This document shows, one piece after another, positions 9,218 to 18,858 of a stretch of DNA of 64,000 bases. The notes beneath the pieces were generated by a model. It was not told where the DNA came from and searched no databases. It saw only the letters and a list, made by a program, of their open reading frames with translations. This DNA is from Bacteroidota bacterium. GTDB lineage: Bacteria; Bacteroidota; Bacteroidia; Bacteroidales; FEN-979. The stretch spans positions 2,219-66,218 of the forward strand of contig JAPLDJ010000011.1 in the NCBI GenBank assembly GCA_026391805.1. Reading direction: 5' to 3'. The number at the start of each line of letters is the position of its first letter. Position 1 is the first letter of the stretch. The position numbers and the translations under genes are program-made.

Positions 9218-10739
9218 CAAGGTTCATGGCAATCTTTATTCCGTCCGCAGCGCTCGACACAATTCCCCCGGCATAGCCGCTTCCTTCCCCGGCCAGGAAA
9301 AGATTATCAAACCCGCTACACAAGCCATTCTGTTCACGTATCACCTGGATGGGCGAAGAGGTCTTGCTTTCGAGCCCCATCAGGTTGCCTTTTTCATATC
9401 CTTTGATCTTGCGGGAAAAATCAGCCAGCCCTTTTCTTATGGAAGCAGTGACCGTGGGAGGAAGCATATTCCAGAGCAGAGCTGGTTTGAGACCGAGCGG
9501 ATAACTTGTTTCAGGGATCCGGTGCGGTTCTTTTGAATTCAGGAAATCTTCAATGCTGCAGAACGGGGCGCGGTATCCTTCAGAAAAGGCATAGAACGAA
9601 TGTTCGAGATCTTCCAGCCATTGCAGCGCCTCCAGGGGCGTTACTTTCCGGCCGGCCAGCTCGTCGGGGTGAACACCTGCAACACAACCGGCATTTGAAA
9701 ACCGGCCATCCCTGCTGTACTGGCTCATTCCGTTTACTGTGTTGGTGTGGCTGTAAGTCGCAGCCGGAACAACAATCCCGCCCGGGCACATACAGAATGA
9801 ATAGACCGGATGTTTGCCATCTCCGTCTGATGTCACACGGTACTCCGCAGCTTTAACACCCGGAAGCTGGCCGGTCCCCCATTGTGCCCGGTTGATATCG
9901 GTTTGCAGATGCTCGGCCCTGCAGCCCAGTGCAAAACCTTTCGTTCTGAATGCAACTCCTTTTTTCATCAGCATCCGGTAGGTCTCGTACGACGAATGTC
10001 CGGGTGCGATGATGAAATGGTCTGCACGGATGGCTTCCGAACCTGTTATGGCCTCCGTGATCTTTCCATTCTCAATTGACAGATCAAGAAGCTCTGTTTC
10101 AAAACGGATCTCCCCTCCCATCTCTTTGTACTTTTCCCGGAGGTTTTGTACAACGATCTTCAGGTTATCGCTTCCCACATGCGGATGTGTCATGTAACGG
10201 ATCTCTTCCGGGGCGCCGGCTTCCACATAGGTCTGCAGGAAAAATTCCCGTTCGGGAGAGATGTGCTTTGAGCGGGATGTCAGCTTGCCGTCTGAAAATG
10301 TCCCGGCACCGCCTTCCCCGAAAGAATAGTTGGCCACAGGATTGAATTCACCGGTCTTTTCAAAATTCTCAATTCCTTCAGCACGCCTGTTCACCTCAGC
10401 ACCGCGCTCAAGAATAATGGTTTCAAAACCTGTTTTCTGTAAAACATATGCTGCAAAGAACCCTGCAGGACCACTGCCCGCAATGACCACACGCTCATTC
10501 CGTTTACGGTAAGGTATTTCGAGCACCGCACATGGATCCTGCTCAGCTCCGGGAAGTTCTTTAGAGGTCACCGCAATCCTCAGCAGCCAGTGAATGTTAC
10601 CTTTTTTGCGGGCATCGAGGCTTTTCGCATCGATCTGCCAGGTAAATTCCTTCAGGTGCAACTCTTTCGCAATCTTCGATCGGATTTCCGTGTCGGTATA
10701 ATCGGGCGGAACCTTTATTTCAACGATTTTATAACCCAT
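9207..10739 (-). CDS. Uncharacterised FAD-dependent dehydrogenase (COG2509-like)
   Basis: GSGPAG, FGEGGAGTFSDGKL, SFCMCPGG, GEGSGYAGGIVSSAADG; start at MGYK because the upstream extension is repeat-derived. Confidence 0.88.
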   Translation of the reverse strand: MGYKIVEIKVPPDYTDTEIRSKIAKELHLKEFTWQIDAKSLDARKKGNIHWLLRIAVTSKELPGAEQDPCAVLEIPYRKRNERVVIAGSGPAGFFAAYVLQKTGFETIILERGAEVNRRAEGIENFEKTGEFNPVANYSFGEGGAGTFSDGKLTSRSKHISPEREFFLQTYVEAGAPEEIRYMTHPHVGSDNLKIVVQNLREKYKEMGGEIRFETELLDLSIENGKITEAITGSEAIRADHFIIAPGHSSYETYRMLMKKGVAFRTKGFALGCRAEHLQTDINRAQWGTGQLPGVKAAEYRVTSDGDGKHPVYSFCMCPGGIVVPAATYSHTNTVNGMSQYSRDGRFSNAGCVAGVHPDELAGRKVTPLEALQWLEDLEHSFYAFSEGYRAPFCSIEDFLNSKEPHRIPETSYPLGLKPALLWNMLPPTVTASIRKGLADFSRKIKGYEKGNLMGLESKTSSPIQVIREQNGLCSGFDNLFLAGEGSGYAGGIVSSAADGIKIAMNLVRK

Positions 10740-10860
10740 CCGTACAAAGATAAACAGATTACGGATTACGACGCCTTTGTGTCCTTTGTGAATCCTTTGT
10801 GTTCCTTTGTGGTTCATTAATGTCAAAATGACATAAACAACCAATAGCAATTAGTTCAGG

Positions 10861-10904
10861 GTAGCTATACTATAACTATACTGTAACTATACTGTAGCTA
10901 TACT
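10861..10904. repeat. Four tandem 11-bp repeats, RTARCTATACT
   Basis: gtagctatact-ataactatact-gtaactatact-gtagctatact. Confidence 0.9.
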
Positions 10905-10962
10905 CTAAATAGTGCTGGATTTTTTCTGCAAAATTGGCATAAATCAATATTGATTAAAATTA

Positions 10963-11095
10963 CTCTGTGAACCTTCGTGTCTTCTCAGTGAACCTCAGTG
11001 AAACAAAATCAGAACACGGATGACACGGAGTAAACGCCCGCCTGCCGGCGAGGCAGGGAAAAATCACAGTGGGTTTTCCGTGTATTCCGAGTTCC
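10963..11095. repeat. Repeat mosaic with a degenerate GC palindrome at 11037-11057
   Basis: ctctgtg/ctcagtg units, cacgga...tccgtg inverted units, cccgcctgccggcgaggcagg. Confidence 0.7.
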
Positions 11096-11130
11096 AATAA
11101 CTAGCCATAATCGAAATTTCCGTAATTTGC

Positions 11131-12204
11131 ATGGCAGAAAAGGAAACCATGAAGCGTGCCGGATTTGAAGGAGAGGTTGTTCAGCGCCGTGAACCCTGCA
11201 GGATCTGCGGTTCCATGGAAGGGCTGAAGATCGCGGAAGTTGAATTCTGGGACCTGCAGCAATCAGATCTTGTGCAATGCAAATCATGCAACCTGATCCA
11301 GCTCGATCCGATGATCACGCCGGGGAACACGGCTACCGGATGCCATGCCTATTATCTTAAGGAGATCCTTGAAACGCCGGTTCATGAACAAAAGCGGAAC
11401 CTTGTGCGGAATTACCGTCGGGGGATTGTCTTTGCCAATTCACTGAAAAGAAAAGGATATCATCCTGAACTTATCCTTGAATTCGGCCCCGGCTCGGGAT
11501 ATTTTTCGGCAGGCGTCCGGTTCATCTTTCCTGATGCAAGGATTACTGTTGTGGATATTGTGGACGATGTTTTGAAGATGAACGAGAAGACCCACGGTTT
11601 CACAGCCTATAGCGGAAGTCCAGAAGATATTCATCTGTTTAAAGAAAAGAAATTCGACCTGGTCATCGCACGCGATATCCTGGAACATGTCACCGATATC
11701 GGAAAGGTTATCCGGAATATTGCGGCATTGCTGAACCCGGGCGGATTGCTCCATTTCATCACACCAAACGGAAAGGAAGATGTTTGGGGACATTACATGA
11801 ACCATGAATTCCGAAAGAAACCCTCCGAACTGCTGATCAACCATGTCAACTATTTTGACGGAACCGGTTTGCTGAAATGCCTGACGGATTCAGGGTTTTC
11901 AAAAGTTGAATACTACACTTACCAGGTCAAATATTTTTTACGTGGAATAGGCTGGAGGCAAAGCGAAAAACTAGCCGTTCCGGTTTCCGAAAGAAAGTCT
12001 GCGGATGAATTAATCCGGAAACAGGACCAAAAAGATCCCACGTCTTTTCAAAAAGAAGATGTCCTGAATGGTTTCATTTTCCAGACAAAGATCGTCCGGC
12101 TCATCAGCTTCTACTGCTGGTTGAAGCACCACTGGATCTTCCGGCTTGATCCCCGAAGAAATATCGGGCATGAAGTTCATGGAATTTTCAGGAAGGCTGG
12201 ATGA
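11131..12204 (+). CDS. Class I SAM-dependent methyltransferase with N-terminal Zn ribbon
   Basis: CRIC...CKSC; ILEFGPGSG; FDLVIARDILEHV; LNPGG. Confidence 0.85.
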   Translation: MAEKETMKRAGFEGEVVQRREPCRICGSMEGLKIAEVEFWDLQQSDLVQCKSCNLIQLDPMITPGNTATGCHAYYLKEILETPVHEQKRNLVRNYRRGIVFANSLKRKGYHPELILEFGPGSGYFSAGVRFIFPDARITVVDIVDDVLKMNEKTHGFTAYSGSPEDIHLFKEKKFDLVIARDILEHVTDIGKVIRNIAALLNPGGLLHFITPNGKEDVWGHYMNHEFRKKPSELLINHVNYFDGTGLLKCLTDSGFSKVEYYTYQVKYFLRGIGWRQSEKLAVPVSERKSADELIRKQDQKDPTSFQKEDVLNGFIFQTKIVRLISFYCWLKHHWIFRLDPRRNIGHEVHGIFRKAG

Positions 12205-12225
12205 GTTTGTAAGGACACCTTTTTA

Positions 12226-12325
12226 TTACACGAAGATCACGAAGCCTGCCTGCCGGCAGGCAGGAAGACACGAAGAACCACGAAGAAAAACTCACCAGTT
12301 CACAAGTTCGCCAATTCGCCAGTTA
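12226..12325. repeat. CACGAAG array (type B) containing the 20-bp palindrome (12245-12264), then 8-mer CCARTTCG units
   Basis: ttacacgaagatcacgaag[cctgcctgccggcaggcagg]aagacacgaagaaccacgaag. Confidence 0.85.
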
Positions 12326-12421
12326 TCGGCTCATCAGCCATTCTTTAAATTACACGAATAATTCTTGCCTGTTTCCATCTTCTTTCGTAATATTGAGACT
12401 GCAAACCCATCCCTTGATCCC

Positions 12422-14686
12422 ATGAAAAAAATCTACATCCTCTTCGTCCTGGCACTGCTCTTTGCCGTCTCCTGTTCAACAGAAAAAAAAGAAACCCTAG
12501 TTGACCTGAACATTCCCTGGAAATTCCATCCCGGTGATGATATGAAATGGGCTGCCCCTGCCTTCGACGATTCGAAGTGGGTCACGCTTCTTCCTTCAAA
12601 AGTATGGGAAGACCAGGGCTACGAAAAGCTCAACGGCTATGCCTGGTACCGGATCCGGTTCATGCTGCCTTCTTCCCTGAAGGAAAGCGGCATTACGAAA
12701 GACAGCCTACAGTTCCTGCTGGGCCGCATCGACGACTGCGACCAGGTATTTCTCAATGGCGAAATGATCGGTGAGAACACGAAAACCATTTTGGAGAAAA
12801 CCACTCCGAATAATGACTTCATCAAGGCACAAGGGATCTGGTATACCGAGCGGCGGTATGTGCTCGGCATACAGGATCCGCGACTGCTCTGGGACAAGGA
12901 GAATGTGATCGCCATCCGGGTCTTCGACCAGGACGGACTTGGCGGATTGTTCTCAAAACCATTTGCCGTTTCGATGATCAACCTGTGTGACTATGTAAAG
13001 TATGATTTCACCAAGAGCACCTTTGTTTTCGGCGACAGTAGCCGAATCGGCCGGAAATTCATTCTTGAGAACCGTTCAGTGAAGGATGATTTCGCAGGTA
13101 TCCTTTCATGGAAGGTCATCAACTATACCGATGGAAATATCATTTCTCAGAAAGATTCTGCGTTCAGCCTTCTGAAGAACACAAAACCGGAAAGCGGGAT
13201 TTCTTTTAAGGTGGATCCTTCGATAGCGGCTTACATTGAATTTACCTTTAAGGAAAACAAATCAGGACAAACAGTCTGCGAAACTGTGGAATTACCCTAT
13301 ATACAAACACCTCCCGTTAGTAAGGAACCAAGGATCAACGGTGCAAAAGTATTCGGCGTTCGGCCCTGGGCGCCATTCCTGTTCAAGGTTGCAGCCACCG
13401 GCGAAGCTCCTTTAACGTATTATGCAAAGGATCTCCCGGAAGGACTTTCCATCGATTCGACCAATGGCGTGATCACAGGTGTTGTAAAGAAAAAAGGCGA
13501 TTATACTGTTGAGATTAAGGTTAAGAATGCCGTGGGATGTGTTGTACGGAACCTGAAGATCGTCTGCGGAAAAACGATCTCCCTTACCCCGCCGCTCGGC
13601 TGGAACAGCTGGAACTGCTGGGGACTGAGCGTCAGCGATGAAAAGGTACGGCAGTCGGCAGATGCCATGATGTCGAGCGGGCTGATCGATCACGGATGGA
13701 CCTACATGAACATCGATGATGGCTGGGAATACCAGCACGACAAGGACGGCAAGATTCTCACCAATTCGAAATTCCCAAATATGTACGCGCTTTGTGCTTA
13801 TGTGCATTCGCTGGGACTGAAGATCGGCATCTATTCATCGCCCGGACCCAAGACCTGCGGCGGATATGAGGGCAGTTACACCTTCGAGGAAAAGGATGTC
13901 GCAGCATACGCCGCATGGGGCATCGACTACCTGAAATACGACTGGTGTTCTTACGGGCATATTGCTCCGAACCCGACACTTGAACAGATGAAACATCCCT
14001 ACCAGGTTATGAAAAAAGCCCTGCATGCGGTGAACCGCGACATTCATTTCAGCCTGTGCCAGTATGGAATGGGAAAGGTGTGGGAATGGGGAGCCGAAGT
14101 TGACGGTAATTCATGGCGGACAACCGGCGACATCGAGGACAGCTGGGAAAGCCTTTCATCGATCGGCTTCAGCCAGGGAAAGTGTTCTCCGTTTTCGGCC
14201 CCCGGCCGCTGGAACGACCCGGATATGCTGGTGGTCGGCTGGGTGGGCTGGGGACCTGCCCTTCATTATACGCGTCTGACGCCCAGCGAGCAATATACCC
14301 ACATTTCCCTCTGGAGTCTATTGTCATCGCCGTTGCTCATCGGCTGCGACCTCAGCCAGCTTGATCCTTTCACACTGAACCTGCTTACAAATGACGAAGT
14401 TCTCGCCATCAACCAGGATCCGCTGGGCAAAGGGGCAACACAGGCCAAAGCAAATGAATCCTACCAGGTTTGGGTAAAGGATCTCGAAGATGGCAGCAAG
14501 GCCATCGGTCTTTTCAACCTCACCGAAAAACTGCTAAACATCCCGGTGGATATGAAGGAGTTGAATCTGAAAGGGAGCTGGCAACTAAGGGATCTCTGGA
14601 AACAGAAGGACCTTGGCCAGGTGGAAACGCATTTCGAAATGAACGTGCTGCCGCACGGGGTAAGACTCGTTAAAATAGCGAAGTAG
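12422..14686 (+). CDS. GH27 alpha-galactosidase, lipoprotein with N-terminal sugar-binding and Ig-like domains
   Basis: Lipobox AVSC; TPPLGWNSWN, NIDDGW, DYLKYDWC, SWRTTGDI, WNDPDML. Confidence 0.92.
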   Translation: MKKIYILFVLALLFAVSCSTEKKETLVDLNIPWKFHPGDDMKWAAPAFDDSKWVTLLPSKVWEDQGYEKLNGYAWYRIRFMLPSSLKESGITKDSLQFLLGRIDDCDQVFLNGEMIGENTKTILEKTTPNNDFIKAQGIWYTERRYVLGIQDPRLLWDKENVIAIRVFDQDGLGGLFSKPFAVSMINLCDYVKYDFTKSTFVFGDSSRIGRKFILENRSVKDDFAGILSWKVINYTDGNIISQKDSAFSLLKNTKPESGISFKVDPSIAAYIEFTFKENKSGQTVCETVELPYIQTPPVSKEPRINGAKVFGVRPWAPFLFKVAATGEAPLTYYAKDLPEGLSIDSTNGVITGVVKKKGDYTVEIKVKNAVGCVVRNLKIVCGKTISLTPPLGWNSWNCWGLSVSDEKVRQSADAMMSSGLIDHGWTYMNIDDGWEYQHDKDGKILTNSKFPNMYALCAYVHSLGLKIGIYSSPGPKTCGGYEGSYTFEEKDVAAYAAWGIDYLKYDWCSYGHIAPNPTLEQMKHPYQVMKKALHAVNRDIHFSLCQYGMGKVWEWGAEVDGNSWRTTGDIEDSWESLSSIGFSQGKCSPFSAPGRWNDPDMLVVGWVGWGPALHYTRLTPSEQYTHISLWSLLSSPLLIGCDLSQLDPFTLNLLTNDEVLAINQDPLGKGATQAKANESYQVWVKDLEDGSKAIGLFNLTEKLLNIPVDMKELNLKGSWQLRDLWKQKDLGQVETHFEMNVLPHGVRLVKIAK

Positions 14687-14710
14687 GGGCGATTCATTAA
14701 TCGCCCCTAC
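14683..14710. repeat. GTAG-type REP palindrome overlapping the stop codon
   Basis: GTAGGGGCGATTCATTAATCGCCCCTAC between convergent genes. Confidence 0.75.
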
Positions 14711-14753
14711 CCTGCACCCACCCGAAGGCGGGGTGAGTTCATTGAATTATCAA

Positions 14754-16217
14754 TTACTTCGCCTTTTTGATCTCCTCTATCGTCCAGTCAAGCGCAGACT
14801 GGATCATCTCCATGGGTGGGGGGGCTATAAATCCGTTATCCATCAACGACTTGGTCAGGCTTCTTGCATGGTCGATATCTTGCTTTGCCTTGTCAAAGGC
14901 TTCCTGCCAGGTCATGTTCACCCGTGCCACACCATCTTTTATTGCCTGCATGGCAACATCGGCAGCTTCCTGCGGGAAAACGGCGGCTTCCTGCATGGTC
15001 GGAACAATATCTTCAACATTGATCCCTCTCTTTTCGGCATAGTTGGCAAGCGAATGGGCGGCGGCAATGGCCATGGTATCGGTGATCTTGCGGGCACGCA
15101 CCAGCAATGCGCCTTTCAGGATACCCGGGAACCCGATGGAGTTGTTCACCTGGTTGGGAAAATCGCCCCTTCCTGTAGCTACGATATAAGCACCTGCTTC
15201 CTTGGCAGCATAGGGATAAATCTCCGGAACCGGGTTAGCGCAGGCGAACACAACCGACTTTTCCGCCATGACTCTGACCCAATCCTGCTTGATGACATCC
15301 GGACCCGGCGTTGAAAGGGAAATCAGGACATCGGCCCCTTTCATCGCCTCTTCCATCGTCAGTACCTTATCCGGGTTGGTGGTTTCGCACAATTCCCATT
15401 TCCGGTAAAACCGTGCGTCTGCCTTGATGTCGTCGCGGCCGGCGTGAAGCGAGCCCTTGGTGTCGAACATAATGATCTTTGCAGGATCGACACCATCGGT
15501 GATCAGCAACCGGGCGATCGTGGTGTTGGATGCACCCGCGCCATAAAGCACGACCTTGACATCCTTCATCTTTTTACCTGCTAGCTTAAGGGCATTGATC
15601 AGCCCGGCCAGGGTAACGCATGCGGTTCCCTGTGCATCATCGTGCCAAACGGGGATATCGCACTCTTCCCTCAGCACATCGAGAACGCGGAAACAGTTCG
15701 GCTGGGAAATATCCTCGAGGTTGACGGCGCCAAAGCTTGGCTGAAGCATCTTTACAAACTGGATGATCCTTTCGGTATCATTTTTTCCGTTCTCATCACG
15801 GCTGTCGACACAAAGCGCTACGGCATCAACACCTCCGAGGTATTTCATCAGGAATGCCTTGCCTTCCATGACACCGAGGCCACCCGGGGGTGTACAATCC
15901 CCGTCACCCAGAACCCTGGTCGAATCGCTGACAACAGCTACAAAATTCCCCCTGTTGGTAAGTTCAAAGGAGCTGTCATTATTTTCCCGGATGTCGGTCG
16001 ACACCTTGGAAACGCCGGGCGTGTACCAAACGTTGAACCAGTTGAACCCGGGCACCGGCGCTTTCGGGATGGTCTGGATCTTGCCCGAATAGAAACGATG
16101 CGCCTCCTGTGACAGTTTTTTCAGAAAAAGGGTTTTCGCCTTTGCGATCTGTCCCTGTGTAAAATCAGACGGAAAAACCTTGTTCAGGTTCTCCAGGTTT
16201 TGTAAGATCTTTTCCAT
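14754..16217 (-). CDS. Malic enzyme (NAD(P)-dependent, short prokaryotic type without PTA domain)
   Basis: YTPGV, VMEGKA, NLEDI, HDDAQGT, GAGAS, FACANPVPEI, ATGRGDFPNQVNN. Confidence 0.92.
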   Translation of the reverse strand: MEKILQNLENLNKVFPSDFTQGQIAKAKTLFLKKLSQEAHRFYSGKIQTIPKAPVPGFNWFNVWYTPGVSKVSTDIRENNDSSFELTNRGNFVAVVSDSTRVLGDGDCTPPGGLGVMEGKAFLMKYLGGVDAVALCVDSRDENGKNDTERIIQFVKMLQPSFGAVNLEDISQPNCFRVLDVLREECDIPVWHDDAQGTACVTLAGLINALKLAGKKMKDVKVVLYGAGASNTTIARLLITDGVDPAKIIMFDTKGSLHAGRDDIKADARFYRKWELCETTNPDKVLTMEEAMKGADVLISLSTPGPDVIKQDWVRVMAEKSVVFACANPVPEIYPYAAKEAGAYIVATGRGDFPNQVNNSIGFPGILKGALLVRARKITDTMAIAAAHSLANYAEKRGINVEDIVPTMQEAAVFPQEAADVAMQAIKDGVARVNMTWQEAFDKAKQDIDHARSLTKSLMDNGFIAPPPMEMIQSALDWTIEEIKKAK

Positions 16218-16393
16218 TTTTTTATTTTTTTAGAATGACCAAGGACTTGTCCGGGGAAACCGGGTTGATTAATTATCCTTCACACTATCAATAAATGCTG
16301 GTTATATGCACAATTCATGATGTGATTGATTTTCTGTAAAAATAAAGAATAATTGCATTCTTCTTTTAAAAAAAATAATTTTTTGAATTATGT

Positions 16394-16423
16394 TTTGATT
16401 TATCAAATTATATTTTACCTTTG
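16394..16423 (+). promoter_or_regulatory. Bacteroidota housekeeping-sigma promoter for the cold-shock gene
   Basis: TTTG (16394) and TACCTTTG (16416) match the -33/-7 consensus. Confidence 0.55.
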
Positions 16424-16450
16424 GTTGCTTAATTTTAATATATTAATGTT

Positions 16451-16642
16451 ATGTCAACAGGTAAAGTAAAGTTTTTCAACGAGAGAAAAGGATTTGGTTT
16501 TATCGTAGATGATGAAACCCAGGAAGACATTTTCGTACATGTCAGTGGTTTAATTGACCGGGTACGGGAAAATGACCAGGTCTCTTTTGATATCACGGAA
16601 GACAAAAGAGGAAAGAAAGCGATCAATGTAAAAAAGGAGTAG
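16451..16642 (+). CDS. Cold-shock domain protein
   Basis: GKVKFFN..KGFGFI and DIFVH (RNP1/RNP2). Confidence 0.95.
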   Translation: MSTGKVKFFNERKGFGFIVDDETQEDIFVHVSGLIDRVRENDQVSFDITEDKRGKKAINVKKE

Positions 16643-16670
16643 TCACCTTTCCTGCATTGTGACGCAAAAG

Positions 16671-16703
16671 AAAGAAGCCGCCCGATGGGTGGCTTCTTTT
16701 TTT
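16671..16703. terminator. Bidirectional terminator between csp and dnaN
   Basis: AAAGAAGCCGCCC-GAT-GGGTGGCTTCTTTTTTT. Confidence 0.85.
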
Positions 16704-16719
16704 ATTAGGTTGACAAGTG

Positions 16720-17844
16720 TCATTTATTCAGCATAACCGGCATGACCAGCATCAGGATATCCTCATCTTTATTTTCAGGGTTCACCGGAAGCAGGATCCC
16801 GGCCCTGTTCGGGGCTGACATCTCCAGCCGCACCTCATCCGTATCGATGTTGTTCAGCATTTCGATCAGGAATTTCGAGTTGAACCCGATCTCGAGGTCG
16901 TCGCCTTCATAATCGCAGGTAAGACGGTCTTTCGACTCTTTCGAGAAATCAAGGTCTTCCGAAGAAAGAACCAGCTCCTTTCCCGATAATTTAAAGCGAA
17001 CCTGGTGGGTCGACTGGTTTGCGAAAATGGCAACACGGCGGATCGTGGTCAGCAATGCATTCCTGTCAATGGTCAGCTTATTGGGATTCTCGGTCGGGAT
17101 GACGGCGTCGTAATTCGGGTATTTGCCATCGATCAGCCGGCAAACCAGGTGAACGTTCTGGAACGAGAAAAATGCGTTGGTACGGTTGTATTCAATGCTT
17201 ACCGGCATATCCTGTCCGCCCAGGATGTTCTTCAGAAGGTTGAGCGGTTTTTTCGGAAGGATGAATGAAGCCGACTCATTTGATTTGGCATCGGTTCGCT
17301 TGTATTTGACCAGCTTATGGGCATCGGTGGCGACAAAGGTGATGTCTTCCGGGGAGAGCTCGCAGAAAACGCCCGACAACACCAACCTGAGCTCATCATT
17401 CCCGGTTGCAAAGAGCGTTTTGTTGATGGCCTGCGACACCAGCGAAGAGGTCAGTTCTATGGAGGTGGTGCTTTCCAGCGAAGGGATCCTGGGATATTCA
17501 TCACTTTTGTGGCCGGCCATTTTGTATTTACCGTCCCCGGCAGAGATCTCAACCCCCTGGTTATCTTCATTGATGCTGAACGAAACAGGGATATCGGCAA
17601 AGGTTTTCAGCGTATCCACAAGGATCTTGGCAGGAATTGCGATACTTCCGTTCTCCACGGCTTTATCCGGTTTCAGGGTCACGCTCATGGTGGTTTCCAG
17701 GTCTGAGGAGGTAATGATAAGGTCATCACCCTTCAGATCAAAAAGAAAATCATCCAGGATTGGGAGGGTATTGCTGGCATTGATCACACCGAGAATGGAT
17801 TGCAGGTTCTTGAGTAAAAGGGAACTGGAAACAATGAATTTCAT
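16720..17844 (-). CDS. dnaN: DNA polymerase III beta clamp
   Basis: TLPIL, VATDAHKL, RLIDGKYPNY, IGFNSKFL, LVMPV. Confidence 0.97.
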   Translation of the reverse strand: MKFIVSSSLLLKNLQSILGVINASNTLPILDDFLFDLKGDDLIITSSDLETTMSVTLKPDKAVENGSIAIPAKILVDTLKTFADIPVSFSINEDNQGVEISAGDGKYKMAGHKSDEYPRIPSLESTTSIELTSSLVSQAINKTLFATGNDELRLVLSGVFCELSPEDITFVATDAHKLVKYKRTDAKSNESASFILPKKPLNLLKNILGGQDMPVSIEYNRTNAFFSFQNVHLVCRLIDGKYPNYDAVIPTENPNKLTIDRNALLTTIRRVAIFANQSTHQVRFKLSGKELVLSSEDLDFSKESKDRLTCDYEGDDLEIGFNSKFLIEMLNNIDTDEVRLEMSAPNRAGILLPVNPENKDEDILMLVMPVMLNK

Positions 17845-17987
17845 AATGAGGTCATTTTTGTTTTACATACTGAATAGTTCTTCTTCAGCCTTGATTTTGA
17901 GTCGAAATTTTTGTCAAATATACAATAATTAATTTCTATTTCAAATAATCAAAAGAGCGGTAATTTGCCTGATCACCCCACCCCGTT

Positions 17988-18109
17988 GGGGTTGACTAAA
18001 TAGTCCTTATTCGCCTTTGTGAAGACCTTTGTGGCCTTTGTGGTTAAATTTTAAGTGATTGAACCACAAAGGAAAATATTCTGCATACTTTTTCTTGTTA
18101 GTTAACCCC
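17988..18109 (-). mobile_element. MITE-like element, copy 2 (122 bp, inverted)
   Basis: GGGGTTGACTAAA...TTAGTTAACCCC; its reverse complement aligns to 7696-7866 without the 50-bp segment. Confidence 0.75.
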
Positions 18110-18155
18110 GAAGGTGGAGGGGTCAGATGAGATTTTAATCCAAAACTAACAATTA

Positions 18156-18812
18156 TTACCTGTTTCCTATCTCAGTTTCCTTCTTCTTCCTTCGGAAATC
18201 AAATTTGTTCTCCTCCCCTTTCAGCAGCCGCCTGATATTTTTTATGTGTGTTAACGGGATGAAGATGGCGACGACGATGGCAAGGATGACGAGGCCCGGA
18301 TGATACTGCCGTGTGGCAAAGATGACGATGAACGGGAAGCAGATACCGCAGAGTACCGATGACAGTGATACATATCTCGTAATAGCAATTGTAAGGATAA
18401 ACAGCCCCAGGACAACCAGCAGTGCAATTGGATAAAGGGCAATGGCTGCTCCTGCAAGTGTGCCTACTCCCTTTCCTCCCTTGAACCCGGCAAATATCGG
18501 AAACACATGTCCAAGGACAGCCGCAAAGGCCATCCCGATCCGGATGTAGGTGATATAATCTTCGGTCAGACCGGCGTGCGGGAACAGGAACACTACCTGG
18601 ACTGCCGCCCAGCCCTTGAAGACATCAAAGAGAAGCACCGGTATGCCAGCCTTGTATCCCAGCACACGGATCACATTGGTGGCGCCGGCATTCCCGCTGC
18701 CATGCTGCCTTACATCGGTATGGTAAAATATTTTCCCGATCCAGACGGCGCTGGGGACGGAACCGATGAGGTAGGCAATTATTATTAAGAGAGCGATTAG
18801 AAATGGAGACAT
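18156..18812 (-). CDS. plsY: Glycerol-3-phosphate acyltransferase PlsY
   Basis: YLIGS.P, GSGNAGATN, GHVFP, FKGGKGV, HIKNIRRL. Confidence 0.95.
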   Translation of the reverse strand: MSPFLIALLIIIAYLIGSVPSAVWIGKIFYHTDVRQHGSGNAGATNVIRVLGYKAGIPVLLFDVFKGWAAVQVVFLFPHAGLTEDYITYIRIGMAFAAVLGHVFPIFAGFKGGKGVGTLAGAAIALYPIALLVVLGLFILTIAITRYVSLSSVLCGICFPFIVIFATRQYHPGLVILAIVVAIFIPLTHIKNIRRLLKGEENKFDFRRKKKETEIGNR

Positions 18813-18858
18813 AGAGAGAAATTATGAATTATGATTGTCAATTATCAATTTTCAATTT

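Noticed and set aside
12146-12361. Small ORF containing PACRQAG
   Set aside because: Translation of the palindrome and type B repeats.
14754-16217. Horizontal origin of the short malic enzyme
   Set aside because: Composition looks like the neighbours, and a phylogeny cannot be run here.
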